From a virus: a stretch of 64,000 nt of DNA. Location of the stretch: the IMG/VR virus record IMGVR_UViG_3300017565_000003. The stretch is one strand, 5' to 3'. Under the pieces are notes generated by a model, which saw nothing but the letters and a program-made list of their open reading frames with translations, was not told where the DNA came from and searched no databases. Positions 9,737-19,674 of this stretch are shown piece by piece; position 1 is the stretch's first letter; each line of letters begins with the position of its first letter. A program made the position numbers and the translations under genes.

Positions 9737-9919
9737 TTATTTATGATTAATTTGTTTGTATTCATCTAAAGCGTTTTGCAGTTGATCATTAATTTCATAA
9801 AGACTAAATATTTTATTCGTATTCATGTCCTTTGCGATTGTAATAAAATAGACCCCTTTTGACTTAAGGAATTGTGACACTTTTTGGTTATAGCAGAAGA
9901 AATAATTAGATTTTTTCAT
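9737..9919 (-). CDS. DUF5659-like small protein
   Basis: FFCYNQKVSQFL..KG..F...T...F.LY.....L..AL.EY pattern. Confidence 0.65.
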   Translation of the reverse strand: MKKSNYFFCYNQKVSQFLKSKGVYFITIAKDMNTNKIFSLYEINDQLQNALDEYKQINHK

Positions 9920-10016
9920 TGATTTTCATCTCCTTGTTAAAATTAGAAAAATAAAAAAGAGAGCCAAAGCGACCCTCTGATATTTCTGTTTATGTGTACA
10001 ATTAATTTTACTTATG

Positions 10017-10787
10017 TTATATTTTTAAGCGATCATTAAGTATTTCTTCAATTTTATCAAAATCCCAATATGGAATACGTAAGAGGGGAATGTTGTTATC
10101 TTTACAGTATTGATTCTTAATTTGATCACGATGTTTTAATTGCTCAAATTGTTCTTTTGCCCATTCTTTACCTCGACTAGCAAAATCAACAGGTTTGAAG
10201 TGATGCTGACCATCATATTCTATTATATGTATTAATTCTTTTTGGTTATTAAATAGAGCAAAATCGAATAACAAGGGTAAAACATGGGCACAATCTTTAA
10301 ACTTGTACTGTACTTCATATATAATTTTATTCTTTTCTACCCAAGTAGCTATAGATTCTTCACCTTTTGAAGAGTTACATCTTGGACATCTTCTTCCATA
10401 ATGAATAAAATTATTAGGTAGGGCATCCCACTCATGACCACATAGTAAATGTTTCATTTTAATAGTGGTATATCTTTCTATGTACTCGCCTAATACGTCA
10501 TATTCACCATTAGTTAATTCCTTAACTTGTTGCCTGAACTCTTCAGTAGTTGGTTTTACCTTACCTGAACATCTAGGACACTTGCTTTTACCAGAAAGTA
10601 AATTACCTGGATAAACATTCCACTTATAACCACATTTGTTATGTCTTATACGCACTGGTTTTGCAACAGTTTTATAAATACCTAATACAGTGTATTCATC
10701 ACCAAAAGCATCTTCAACACGTTTTACCCAATTCTCATGTTTTAATTGAGCCTTTTCTTCTTTTGTTAATTTTATTGCTGTAGTCAT
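10017..10787 (-). CDS. zinc-ribbon-repeat PD-(D/E)XK (Vsr/DUF559-like) homing-endonuclease-like protein
   Basis: Repeated H..CG.....P.N.....CP.C units; FDF, IEYDG.HH, LLRIPYW. Start MTTAIK after GGAGG. Confidence 0.8.
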   Translation of the reverse strand: MTTAIKLTKEEKAQLKHENWVKRVEDAFGDEYTVLGIYKTVAKPVRIRHNKCGYKWNVYPGNLLSGKSKCPRCSGKVKPTTEEFRQQVKELTNGEYDVLGEYIERYTTIKMKHLLCGHEWDALPNNFIHYGRRCPRCNSSKGEESIATWVEKNKIIYEVQYKFKDCAHVLPLLFDFALFNNQKELIHIIEYDGQHHFKPVDFASRGKEWAKEQFEQLKHRDQIKNQYCKDNNIPLLRIPYWDFDKIEEILNDRLKI

Positions 10788-10883
10788 TATTATTCCTCCA
10801 TTAGTTGCAAAAATTTGTTGAACGCAAAAAAGACCGCACAATAGGTGAGGTCTTGAGTATTGAAATATGTAATTATGTTTAAT

Positions 10884-11066
10884 TTACTTATAATTTTTAA
10901 TTTTCTCTATCAAGTCGTCTGTGTTATTAAATATAAATACATTCCGATTTGATTTATTAGACTTTTCCATTCGTTTGAGTACAAAGCCTTTTTGCATTAG
11001 GTATCCGGCTAAACGTTGATTGAATATGACATATTCTTTTTTCACAATAATTTCCTCACAATACAT
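10884..11066 (-). CDS. DUF5659-like small protein
   Basis: VIFNQRLAGYLM.KGF.L....NVFIF motif. Confidence 0.7.
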   Translation of the reverse strand: MYCEEIIVKKEYVIFNQRLAGYLMQKGFVLKRMEKSNKSNRNVFIFNNTDDLIEKIKNYK

Positions 11067-11079
11067 TTTGAAAATCTGT

Positions 11080-11246
11080 ACGAAACTTATCTTTTATTTA
11101 ATTTACTTATAAAAATCATAATAAAATAGAGGATAGGACGCTGAAACCCTTGGTACGTAAGGCTTCGTAGCACCTAATCCTCTAAATAGTTGAAAACGCT
11201 GAATTTACCTCATTTTTATTAAGTTAAGATAAAAACCCGAATTTAT
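11080..11246. repeat. 167-bp composite element, copy 1
   Basis: 18-bp palindromes at 11080 and 11229; AAACCCTTGGTACGTAAGG at offset +64. Confidence 0.7.
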
Positions 11247-11252
11247 TCTAAA

Positions 11253-11489
11253 TTACATTACGTCAATCTCATTCGTATCAACGTCTATCATCTTCTTATC
11301 TACTCCTAATGCCTTAGCTAATATGTTGTATAATTGACGATCTGGATTGACAAACTTACCTTCTAATCCGTTTTCCTTAATAGCTTTCTCAATGCGTTCT
11401 TTTTCTGCTACATCCTTTAAATCAACTGTAATAGTATTAATCATAAAGTAATTATCCTCATAAGAATGGTCAAGAACAACATAAATCAT
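11253..11489 (-). CDS. hypothetical protein
   Basis: 78-aa ORF with RBS AAAGGAGA. Confidence 0.6.
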   Translation of the reverse strand: MIYVVLDHSYEDNYFMINTITVDLKDVAEKERIEKAIKENGLEGKFVNPDRQLYNILAKALGVDKKMIDVDTNEIDVM

Positions 11490-11593
11490 ATATAGCTCTC
11501 CTTTTTTTATTTTTATTATAACAGTGGAGAAGGGGAGAGTTGTATATATGAATTTTCATTAAGAGTTAATGCGGAATTTTCTCCGATAACATA

Positions 11594-13528
11594 TTAATCT
11601 GTAAAAAAACTAACTGTATTAAGTATTGCAAAGCCAACATCTGTTCCACTCACCGTTACATTTCCGTTTGTATCTACCGTCACACGACAATTTGCCGTTC
11701 CTCCTGCGTTTGTAGAAGAAAAGGTCATAAATTGAGTAGGTCTAAATCCTGAAGGTAACTGAAAGGCTGTACTACCTGATGCTCCACCACCAACAACGCC
11801 TCTTAAGTACACTTTACCCATTCCGTCTTTACGATAAGACACAGGGTGACTAGCATTTTCTGTCCAACTGTTCACGAAGGTCGGTTTAACCCATTTTCTC
11901 AGCGTGTTTGGATTTTTGATGTACTCAACTACATTTCGTTTATAACCACGATACAGTGAACACCAAGTTATATTTGCGCTTCGTTCATTTGGAGTTCCTG
12001 CTGGAGCTCCTATTCCTACTATCAAACGAGAACTAGGTGTGTTTAGCTTGTAAAGGAAGTGAAATTTAACGATACCTTCATACGAGCCTGATTTTCCATA
12101 GTCGCTGTAAATGACGTTATAGCTTTCATCTTGTAAAAGAAAATATCCACCTTCGGTTAAAACACTTCCATTGAGAGATACGGTGTAGTATTTCCCTTTT
12201 TCCATTGGTGCGGTTAACTCGTAAATCCCTGCTGTTGATGATGCGGTTGTTCCTTTTGCTGAGTCTCCGTCAATTATCAAGTTTTGATTATCAAAAGCAT
12301 AGTCTACGTTTGCGAATGGAAATCGAGCAGCTAACACACATTGATCCATATAACTGTTTGAAGCTTCGTAATAAACACTAGACATTCCGTTGTCAAACTG
12401 AACCATAGCAGAAATTGTGTCATTCTTCTTATGGAGAAACATCCCAACATGGTCAATTTTCATAAATGCATTTTCTCGTGCTTCTTGGTTTAGGTCACCA
12501 TTCCCATCAAAGAAAGTCCAACTAAAGAATAAAATATCCCCTGGTTGGAGATTTGAACGATCTTCATTTACTTTAAACGCATAACCTTTGTCGTTTGCAT
12601 ATTTAGCTAATTGATTTGCTAAACGAAATTTGTATCCGTCAATATTTAGAAAGAATAGGTTTGATTCCTTATTTTTTGTTTTCCCGTTATATCTTGAATT
12701 TTCAAAAGGGATACCATGTAGCAATAAGTTTGCAAAGGAACTACAATCAATTTGATATTTACTGTTAACCGTTTGAACGTTAGCGTCATAAGCTGTGTAA
12801 CTATTACCATAGACGAATTGACTAATGTTATCCTCATACGTTTGTGCAATTCTAAGGATTCTTTCAATAATCCCGTCTGAATTATTAATGATCGAAGGCG
12901 ATTCAGCTAAAACGTCACTCACTTCTGCAAAACTAATAGGGATTTCAGTAGAACTTAAAGTAGTCACATTCATCACTTTCAAATCAGAAATATATGCAGT
13001 AAACGATGAAGCGAAATCAACATATAGATTATTATTTGATTGTGTCATGGTTGATAAGTCTAACTCAAATTCAACTTTATTCCATTGATTCGCAATACCT
13101 AAGTTTACGGGCTTACCACTCATATAAGCCATTCTCATGAAAATCGTTTTATTTGAAACGGTAGGATATACATAGAATGAAATCTTTAGTTTTTCACCAG
13201 TAATCATTTTCTCAGTCAACACAAAAGAGAAGTCCTTATTAGGGTCTGTTGATCCTTCATAATTTGTTACTTGGATTTGTAAAGACTTTTTATTACCGTA
13301 TTGAGGCGAGGTTATCCCTGCGGAAAAGGTATAAACTGAACTTCTCGCCTGAATATAAGGCAATTCTTCAAAATCGGAGTTTTTAATTAGACTTTTCTTA
13401 TCTAATAATATTTCTTCTTGATTCGCTTTGTCTGCCAATTGTGAATTAGTTTCCTGTATCTCATCAAACACTGTTTTCTTAGTTATTTTATTTTCAACGA
13501 ATCTTGAGTCAATTCTATTGGTTGACAT
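11594..13528 (-). CDS. putative secondary tail spike/fibre with carbohydrate-binding-like domains and an NlpC/P60-like peptidase domain
   Basis: IDCSSF (Cys), LQPGDILFF, DHVGMF (His); C-terminal YRK.G..VYLRG...LP.GFRP tail-fibre domain; N-terminal SQLADK. Confidence 0.7.
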   Translation of the reverse strand: MSTNRIDSRFVENKITKKTVFDEIQETNSQLADKANQEEILLDKKSLIKNSDFEELPYIQARSSVYTFSAGITSPQYGNKKSLQIQVTNYEGSTDPNKDFSFVLTEKMITGEKLKISFYVYPTVSNKTIFMRMAYMSGKPVNLGIANQWNKVEFELDLSTMTQSNNNLYVDFASSFTAYISDLKVMNVTTLSSTEIPISFAEVSDVLAESPSIINNSDGIIERILRIAQTYEDNISQFVYGNSYTAYDANVQTVNSKYQIDCSSFANLLLHGIPFENSRYNGKTKNKESNLFFLNIDGYKFRLANQLAKYANDKGYAFKVNEDRSNLQPGDILFFSWTFFDGNGDLNQEARENAFMKIDHVGMFLHKKNDTISAMVQFDNGMSSVYYEASNSYMDQCVLAARFPFANVDYAFDNQNLIIDGDSAKGTTASSTAGIYELTAPMEKGKYYTVSLNGSVLTEGGYFLLQDESYNVIYSDYGKSGSYEGIVKFHFLYKLNTPSSRLIVGIGAPAGTPNERSANITWCSLYRGYKRNVVEYIKNPNTLRKWVKPTFVNSWTENASHPVSYRKDGMGKVYLRGVVGGGASGSTAFQLPSGFRPTQFMTFSSTNAGGTANCRVTVDTNGNVTVSGTDVGFAILNTVSFFTD

Positions 13529-13705
13529 AAAATCATCTCCTTAATAGGAATAAAAAAAGAGACCTCATCTCTGAAGTCTCATGTAAATATTTCTAAATAA
13601 AATTTAATTTTTATCTTGATGAATAAAAGGGTGGGCGAGAGGGATAATAAGTTTTAACATTCTATCACCGCACCTTAGAAGAGGGAGAGGTAAAAGTCTC
13701 CCTAA

Positions 13706-13942
13706 TTATTTCCATTCACCCTTATATTTTTCTAGTACTTCTTTTTGTTTCTTAGCAGTAGGGGAAGCGTAAGTATTTTTCCAAACTGCATATCCAACTA
13801 AAAGTAAAGGAATTCCATTCTCAATTAATCCCATAAAGGAATTAATCATGTCTTCAGTTAAAATGTTGTATCCTATTGAAGCTAAGAATAATTTAAGTGA
13901 ACCTAAAAACCCTGCAATTAAAATCAAATGATCTTTTTTCAT
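13706..13942 (-). CDS. holin
   Basis: Two hydrophobic helices, WKNTY, basic tail. Confidence 0.75.
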   Translation of the reverse strand: MKKDHLILIAGFLGSLKLFLASIGYNILTEDMINSFMGLIENGIPLLLVGYAVWKNTYASPTAKKQKEVLEKYKGEWK

Positions 13943-13967
13943 TAATAATCACTCCTAATAGTTAAAT

Positions 13968-14309
13968 TTACTTTAAATTAAACATAACAATTAAATAGGC
14001 AAGAACTAATCCACCGACAATTTTTAATACAAAATCAGTTGTTATCTTTTTCTTCTCTTTGTTTCCATCTTCTAATTCGCCAACACGGACATCAAGAGAA
14101 TCCATTTTCCCATTAAGCCTCGTAAGGTTGTCATTAACTTTATCTAATGTATCAGACTGCTTATTATTTGTTTCAATAACCATTTCCATCAAAGTTTCTA
14201 ATCTTGGCATTTTCTCCGATTTAACTTCTAAAGAGTTAAGCCTCTTTTCATGCGAATCAGTTTTTTCTTTAACTTGACTCACTGCTTTCACAATCTCTAA
14301 GTTATCCAT
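13968..14309 (-). CDS. XhlA/BhlA-like holin-associated protein
   Basis: Coiled coil plus a single C-terminal transmembrane helix, upstream of the holin. Confidence 0.7.
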   Translation of the reverse strand: MDNLEIVKAVSQVKEKTDSHEKRLNSLEVKSEKMPRLETLMEMVIETNNKQSDTLDKVNDNLTRLNGKMDSLDVRVGELEDGNKEKKKITTDFVLKIVGGLVLAYLIVMFNLK

Positions 14310-14387
14310 TTTCTCAACCCTACCTTATTAGTTAATAGTGACGAGGTACATAAAATGTGGTAAGATTATTTATGTACTGTAAAGTGC

Positions 14388-14432
14388 AAAAGACATCTGT
14401 TTGACTCAACCTCAGCAGATGTCTTTTTTTTT
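14388..14432. terminator. bidirectional intrinsic terminator
   Basis: AAAAGACATCTG...CAGATGTCTTTTTTTTT. Confidence 0.75.
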
Positions 14433-14451
14433 ATCGCAATATCTTGTGTAA

Positions 14452-15642
14452 TTAAATTCTTTCTATGAAATCTCCGACTCTCGCAGCCATTCTCTTTTGT
14501 CCTTCATTATTAGGGTGAGTACCATCTCCGTTAACAAAGAAATTAGTGTTTTGTGTAGGATTGTATGGAGAAAAGCCGAGATTGCTGTACAAATCGAGAA
14601 CTGGTAAGGAATAATAATCCCCAATACTTTTCACAGCATTGCAATAATCTATCACCTTACTTCCTAAAGCGTTCGTATAGTCTCCATTTGTACCTGATGC
14701 ATTATATCGCCTAATTGGTGTGATCAATCCAATTGTAGTCATCGGATAACGATTTTGAAGGAACTCTATTGACTTTCTATATCTCGAATAGAATGTTGTA
14801 CCGGTTACAGAATCATCAGTAATTGTACCGACTGGAACATTGAAGCCGTGATCATTTGTTCCTGCCATAATTGTGATTAATTTAGGAGCATACTCTGTTG
14901 GTGGCATATTAACTATGACATTATCGTAAATTTGCCCAATTGTATATCCACTTACTGCTTGGTTTTGTACATGTATAAACCTTTCAGTTGATAACAAGTA
15001 ATGATAAGGTTTTGATGCGTAAGCATTACTTGCTCCTTCACCTTCACCCATGCCAGTGCTAATACTGTCGCCTAACACCCACCAAACTTGATTGAACCAT
15101 TGAGATCGGTAATACCCGTTTAATAAATTACTATCTATAATACTTTTTTTGTGGGGTTTATAATCTGTTGTTGAATTGAACCTATACCCACTTTCCAACA
15201 CCATGAATTTATCAATCATAGCAGATGACCAAATTCTTACATAGAGGTATCTTGCGTTATTAGGAGCTTTTGCAGCAAGAGCAGATCCACCTGAAACATA
15301 CACTTCAGAAGCATCGTAGAAACTGTATTGAGAAGTTATTGTATCGCCACGATTAAACGTATAGTTATAACCTGGTTTAACTTCAATTCGATGCGTTTCT
15401 ATTCCACCAGCAATAATATTCCCTGTTGATGAATCATGATATTGACCGTTAACTACTCTTGTTTTGTCAAATAAGTTGTAATATATAATTTCTGTTGTAC
15501 CTACTGCACCACTTCCAGAACTAAGTTCTGATAATTTTTGAGTCAGAGTTTTATTACTTTCTACGTAAACCGCATCTCCTACCGTAATAGGGTACATGTA
15601 TTCATTGCTAGTATTTTTAAGCTTTTTAATTTTACCTATCAT
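14452..15642 (-). CDS. SGNH/GDSL esterase with an N-terminal beta-sandwich module (probably virion-associated)
   Basis: GDSIS, AVSG, GTND and DGTHP blocks. Confidence 0.85.
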   Translation of the reverse strand: MIGKIKKLKNTSNEYMYPITVGDAVYVESNKTLTQKLSELSSGSGAVGTTEIIYYNLFDKTRVVNGQYHDSSTGNIIAGGIETHRIEVKPGYNYTFNRGDTITSQYSFYDASEVYVSGGSALAAKAPNNARYLYVRIWSSAMIDKFMVLESGYRFNSTTDYKPHKKSIIDSNLLNGYYRSQWFNQVWWVLGDSISTGMGEGEGASNAYASKPYHYLLSTERFIHVQNQAVSGYTIGQIYDNVIVNMPPTEYAPKLITIMAGTNDHGFNVPVGTITDDSVTGTTFYSRYRKSIEFLQNRYPMTTIGLITPIRRYNASGTNGDYTNALGSKVIDYCNAVKSIGDYYSLPVLDLYSNLGFSPYNPTQNTNFFVNGDGTHPNNEGQKRMAARVGDFIERI

Positions 15643-17087
15643 ACAAACGTACCTCCAGTAAGAGTTGCGTGTATACCATTACCACTCTGATCTTGTACAT
15701 TTCCTTTAGTCATATCATAATGCGCAACTAGAACTCCTGCGTTCTTAAACTTAATGTCATAGATTTTTCCTTTCATAAATTCTGTATTATCAAACTTAGA
15801 AAATATTGATACATCATCTGTACCTACCGTAGTAAGTGTAAATCTAATGTTTGTTCTAGTATTACGTGGCACTAGATTATTATTCAGTGCAGTTTGTTTT
15901 GCCCCACCATCAACATAAATACCCGTCCAAACACTTGCGTTATAGGCATCTGCCATACTAGCATTATTTTGAATATAAGAGTTTTCAACACCGCCTCTAG
16001 CATCTAAATAAGTTTGCCAAGTATTATTTTGCTCAGGATGAAAATCCATTACAATTTCATCGAATGTAAGAGATGGAATTTTTATATAGTCACTTGTTCC
16101 ATTCATATCAAGATATAAATAAGTAGGTGTTACCGATTTTGTATAAGTCACTGTTTGAATATCACTATTGTTTCCGGTAGTATCTACGGCATAAGCCTTT
16201 ATTGTATCAGTATCAGTTAAAGTTAAAGGCGCTGTATACTGAACTCTAGTACCCGATTCTATAGGATCTGTATCGTCTAATGTATACCAAATTGTAGCAG
16301 TTTCATTGGTTGACATTATGACTTGTTGCGTATCTGTAAATGTTGCAGCAGGTGTAATTGTTAATATCGGTGCAGTTGTATCAGCAGTAGTTGTAATATC
16401 TATATCTACACCTAATGAAGTATTCCCTGATGAATCTTTTGCACGAACGCTAAATGAATACAAAGTAGAAGGGGATAATCCTGTGATAGTATAACTTATG
16501 TTTGCAGTATTGACTAAGAAAACATCATCTTTGTAGATATCGTATGATGAAATATCAGTAGATGTACTAGCAGTCCAACTTAAAGTTACACTTCTATCTG
16601 ATAGGTTACTAGATGATAAATCCGTAACATTTTCAGGGGCAGTTGAATCAGGTGTAGCAGTTGTGGCATTAACAGATATTCCATTTGAAATATTATTCGA
16701 CGTATCTTTGGTCTTTACTGTAAACGTGTAAGCAGTTGAGGTTATCAATCCACTCACGTTATACGTAGTTCCAGTAACAGTTGAAAGCAAGGTAGACCCA
16801 CGATAAATTTCATATCCACTTACATCTGTTGATGTTGATGCTGTCCAAGACAATGTTAATCCTGTCGTAGTTATATTTGATGTAGATAAATTTGTTACAT
16901 TGTTTGGGGGAGTTGTATCCGTTGTATTAGTATCAATTGCTACACTTTCTCCATCAACCCAATTTTCAAATAAGATTAAGTTGGAAGGAGCTGTTCCGTC
17001 ACCAATCTGTTCAACCCCATCGATTGTGATCCTTCCGTTGTCACTTACTCCGATCCTTGAGTTCCCTTTAAACCTAAAAAAACCCAT
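15639..17087 (-). CDS. fibronectin type III repeat protein with chitobiase-C-like and LamG-like domains
   Basis: Two FN3 repeats (LSWTAS...Y.IY...Y...GL...T.Y.F.V); IWYTLD.TDP...YTAP...IKAYAVD; C-terminal lectin-like domain. Confidence 0.8.
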   Translation of the reverse strand: MGFFRFKGNSRIGVSDNGRITIDGVEQIGDGTAPSNLILFENWVDGESVAIDTNTTDTTPPNNVTNLSTSNITTTGLTLSWTASTSTDVSGYEIYRGSTLLSTVTGTTYNVSGLITSTAYTFTVKTKDTSNNISNGISVNATTATPDSTAPENVTDLSSSNLSDRSVTLSWTASTSTDISSYDIYKDDVFLVNTANISYTITGLSPSTLYSFSVRAKDSSGNTSLGVDIDITTTADTTAPILTITPAATFTDTQQVIMSTNETATIWYTLDDTDPIESGTRVQYTAPLTLTDTDTIKAYAVDTTGNNSDIQTVTYTKSVTPTYLYLDMNGTSDYIKIPSLTFDEIVMDFHPEQNNTWQTYLDARGGVENSYIQNNASMADAYNASVWTGIYVDGGAKQTALNNNLVPRNTRTNIRFTLTTVGTDDVSIFSKFDNTEFMKGKIYDIKFKNAGVLVAHYDMTKGNVQDQSGNGIHATLTGGTFV

Positions 17088-17101
17088 TTATATCACCTCC
17101 A

Positions 17102-17383
17102 TTAATAAGCTGCTATGAATTTGTATTCAATTCCTGATTCTATGATAACGAAACTCCAAATAGGAGCGTCAATTTCATCCATTTCAAATCCATCTCCTGC
17201 ATCTAAGGCAATTGGATCACCGTTGTTAATTTTAACTCTGCACGATTGTGTATTTTTGAAACTGAATTTATAGAAACTGTAGCCATTTGACCAAGTGGAA
17301 GGGGGAGTAGGTACAACTTCGTGATTAGAGTTACTTATTTGCACACCTGGACTTCCGATGTATCCCGATCCTTTCTGAGACAT
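17102..17383 (-). CDS. hypothetical virion-associated protein
   Basis: MSQKGSGY start after AGGAGG; first gene of a three-gene block. Confidence 0.65.
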   Translation of the reverse strand: MSQKGSGYIGSPGVQISNSNHEVVPTPPSTWSNGYSFYKFSFKNTQSCRVKINNGDPIALDAGDGFEMDEIDAPIWSFVIIESGIEYKFIAAY

Positions 17384-17425
17384 TATTTTGTAACCTCCTA
17401 ATTTATTAAATTTACTTGTTTCTAA

Positions 17426-17592
17426 ATAAAACATGAATTTTATCCTGACTTTATTTAAGAAGAGTAGGGGAGAGGGGAATAGAGGCTCAAAACCCTTGGT
17501 ATATAAGGGATTGAGAAACTAATTCTCCTAAACTCCCAATATTACTGATTTTTACTCAATTTTCATGTTTCTAGATGAAATTGTAGTTTTAT
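17426..17592. repeat. 167-bp composite element, copy 2
   Basis: 18-bp palindromes at 17426 and 17575; AAACCCTTGGTATATAAGG at offset +64. Confidence 0.7.
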
Positions 17593-17611
17593 TTGAATGT
17601 TAAATTTACCT

Positions 17612-18799
17612 TTATTCAAACATTTCTGAGAAAGTAATCTTTCCAACAATACCATCAGCAAGTAGTCCACGTTTCTTTTGAAATTGTTTTACTGCTGATT
17701 CACAACCATTTCCAAAAACTCCATCGAAGCCTTTCGGATTATATCCTAAGCAGTACATCATACCCTGAATAATTCTAGTAATATTTCCTTTTGCACCCTC
17801 TTTTACTGTGCGAATAGCAGATTCAGTCTTGCTTCCAAATAGTCCATCTACAGCTAATTTAGAGCCATATTGTTTGTTTAATTCAGTTTGCAATGCTTTT
17901 ACTGCTGCTTTCTCTGTATTGTTACCGTATAATCCATCTACACCAATACCCGTTTTATAGTTTGCGTTTAACCAGGATTGGAAAGATCTTATATTATTAT
18001 TTCCACTCATTTTAGAAGGGGTTGGAGTAGGAGAAGAGGCTTTCTTGTAATTTTCTAGTGATTTTTTACTTTGTTGACCGTAAATACCGTCTACGCCAAT
18101 ACCAGCTTCTTTTTGGAATGCAATTAAAGCATCTTCGGTCTTATCTCCAAAGACTCCATCTACAGTGCCTACATTGAATCCTTTTTTATTAAGTAAAGAT
18201 TGTAGTGTTTTAACTGCTTCTCCACGATTACCCTTTCCAAGAAGAGTGGAAGTAGGTTTATTGTAAACAACTTCTGTTTTAACTTGTGTCTTAGGTGCTT
18301 CAACTTTAATTCCGTTGTCTTTATATCCTTTAACTTCACTCATAAATGTTGACTTCTTAATAGATGTACCTGGGCAGGTTTTTGCAGCGTTCTCGTTGTG
18401 AAAGCGAACGTACTTTCCTTTATTGTAAAAATACTTTGCTAATTTCAACATTGAATCTTTTTGAATCCCTTCAAACTTATCGTTTCCAATATCAAAGTTA
18501 CCGATCATTTCAACACAGAAGGGAAGACCATAGTTATGATTCAAAATTGAAGCAGGGTTAGTTCCAAAGTTACGACCTGTCATGAAAATTCCATCAGGGA
18601 AAAGGGTGACGTGTTGAGCAATATCTGAAAATCCTCTTGCTAAATGTGATCTTCTCATCCCATCTTGAACCTTCTGATAGTTACTTCCATTAAAGTTTGA
18701 GTGGTCAGGTCTCCATGTATGATGCACATGTAATTCCCGATGATTATATTTGTCCAAAAGCTTGAGTAACTCGTCAATGGTAATTAATTTGTCTGCCAT
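17612..18799 (-). CDS. endolysin: Amidase_2-type N-acetylmuramoyl-L-alanine amidase with PG_binding_1 repeats
   Basis: HVHHT, GFSDIAQH, EMIGNFD, FH.E...KTCPG; several VDG.FG..T..A...FQ repeats. Confidence 0.92.
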   Translation of the reverse strand: MADKLITIDELLKLLDKYNHRELHVHHTWRPDHSNFNGSNYQKVQDGMRRSHLARGFSDIAQHVTLFPDGIFMTGRNFGTNPASILNHNYGLPFCVEMIGNFDIGNDKFEGIQKDSMLKLAKYFYNKGKYVRFHNENAAKTCPGTSIKKSTFMSEVKGYKDNGIKVEAPKTQVKTEVVYNKPTSTLLGKGNRGEAVKTLQSLLNKKGFNVGTVDGVFGDKTEDALIAFQKEAGIGVDGIYGQQSKKSLENYKKASSPTPTPSKMSGNNNIRSFQSWLNANYKTGIGVDGLYGNNTEKAAVKALQTELNKQYGSKLAVDGLFGSKTESAIRTVKEGAKGNITRIIQGMMYCLGYNPKGFDGVFGNGCESAVKQFQKKRGLLADGIVGKITFSEMFE

Positions 18800-18832
18800 T
18801 ACAAATTCCTCCTTAAAATTTTATAAATATAA

Positions 18833-18864
18833 AAAAAGAGAAGTAGGGGATTAATCTACTTCTC
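18833..18864 (-). terminator. intrinsic terminator
   Basis: GAGAAGTAG...CTACTTCTC followed by a T run on the - strand. Confidence 0.7.
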
Positions 18865-18987
18865 CATGAAACAAATGATTTATGCAATTTTTATACATTT
18901 CTTAATGTGAAATTACACAATTTTATTACTTCGGAATTTTATCCAATTGCGTGTTACTTAATTGCGTATGTTGAAACAAGATAACAA

Positions 18988-19506
18988 TTAAAATCTAGGT
19001 TCTTTTCCTTGTTTAATTAAATAATCATTTAGCCATTCTGCTGAAAAAATATCGGTGATTTCTATTTCATAATTTAGTATAGAATTCATAATCTCAATAA
19101 CCTTTTCTTTTGTAATAACTTCATCTTCTATATTCCAATAATGATGCACTAATTCTTCTATGAAAACAGTTAATATCAATTGATCACTATATTCTTTTTC
19201 TCTCCATTTTTCTACAGCATAAACAGCTAAATTAAATCTAAAACCTATGGGATACTCTTCTACATCATTTTCATCTTCAATCAACTCAAAAGTCCCATCC
19301 TTAGTTAATAAAACTGTTAGTCGGGCAAGCTGATTCTTTTCGTAGCCTTCTTTTATTAATTGGTTACTTACACCAGTAAGTGCTACTGAAAACAAAAAGG
19401 CTTCCTGTTCTCTAAGTGCAAAGATTGCCCTAATCTCAATTTTATCTAATAGGAAATCAGGAATACTTGGCCCTGATGAAGTAATTTGATTTTTAAATTT
19501 ACTCAT
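18988..19506 (-). CDS. hypothetical acidic protein with a zincin-like EELVHH motif
   Basis: 172 aa; VFIEELVHHYW..EDE. Confidence 0.65.
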   Translation of the reverse strand: MSKFKNQITSSGPSIPDFLLDKIEIRAIFALREQEAFLFSVALTGVSNQLIKEGYEKNQLARLTVLLTKDGTFELIEDENDVEEYPIGFRFNLAVYAVEKWREKEYSDQLILTVFIEELVHHYWNIEDEVITKEKVIEIMNSILNYEIEITDIFSAEWLNDYLIKQGKEPRF

Positions 19507-19515
19507 TTTCTCACC

Positions 19516-19659
19516 TCAATAGGTGATTTTCTGCATTTTTATCGGTATTTCCTCTTTTTTCTTATTTAAATCAACAATAATTTCTTTTCTTAAATCGTAT
19601 ATATTAACAGATCCATCTTTTTTAGTCTTACTTTTTTTAAGCATTGCATCGGTTACCAT
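19516..19659 (-). CDS. 47-aa basic microprotein (missing from ORF track)
   Basis: GGAGGG RBS; MVTDAMLKKSKTKKDGSVNIYDLRKEIIVDLNKKKEEIPIKMQKITY; its stop overlaps the RBS of the next gene. Confidence 0.6.
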   Translation of the reverse strand: MVTDAMLKKSKTKKDGSVNIYDLRKEIIVDLNKKKEEIPIKMQKITY

Positions 19660-19674
19660 CTATTACCCTCCAAT

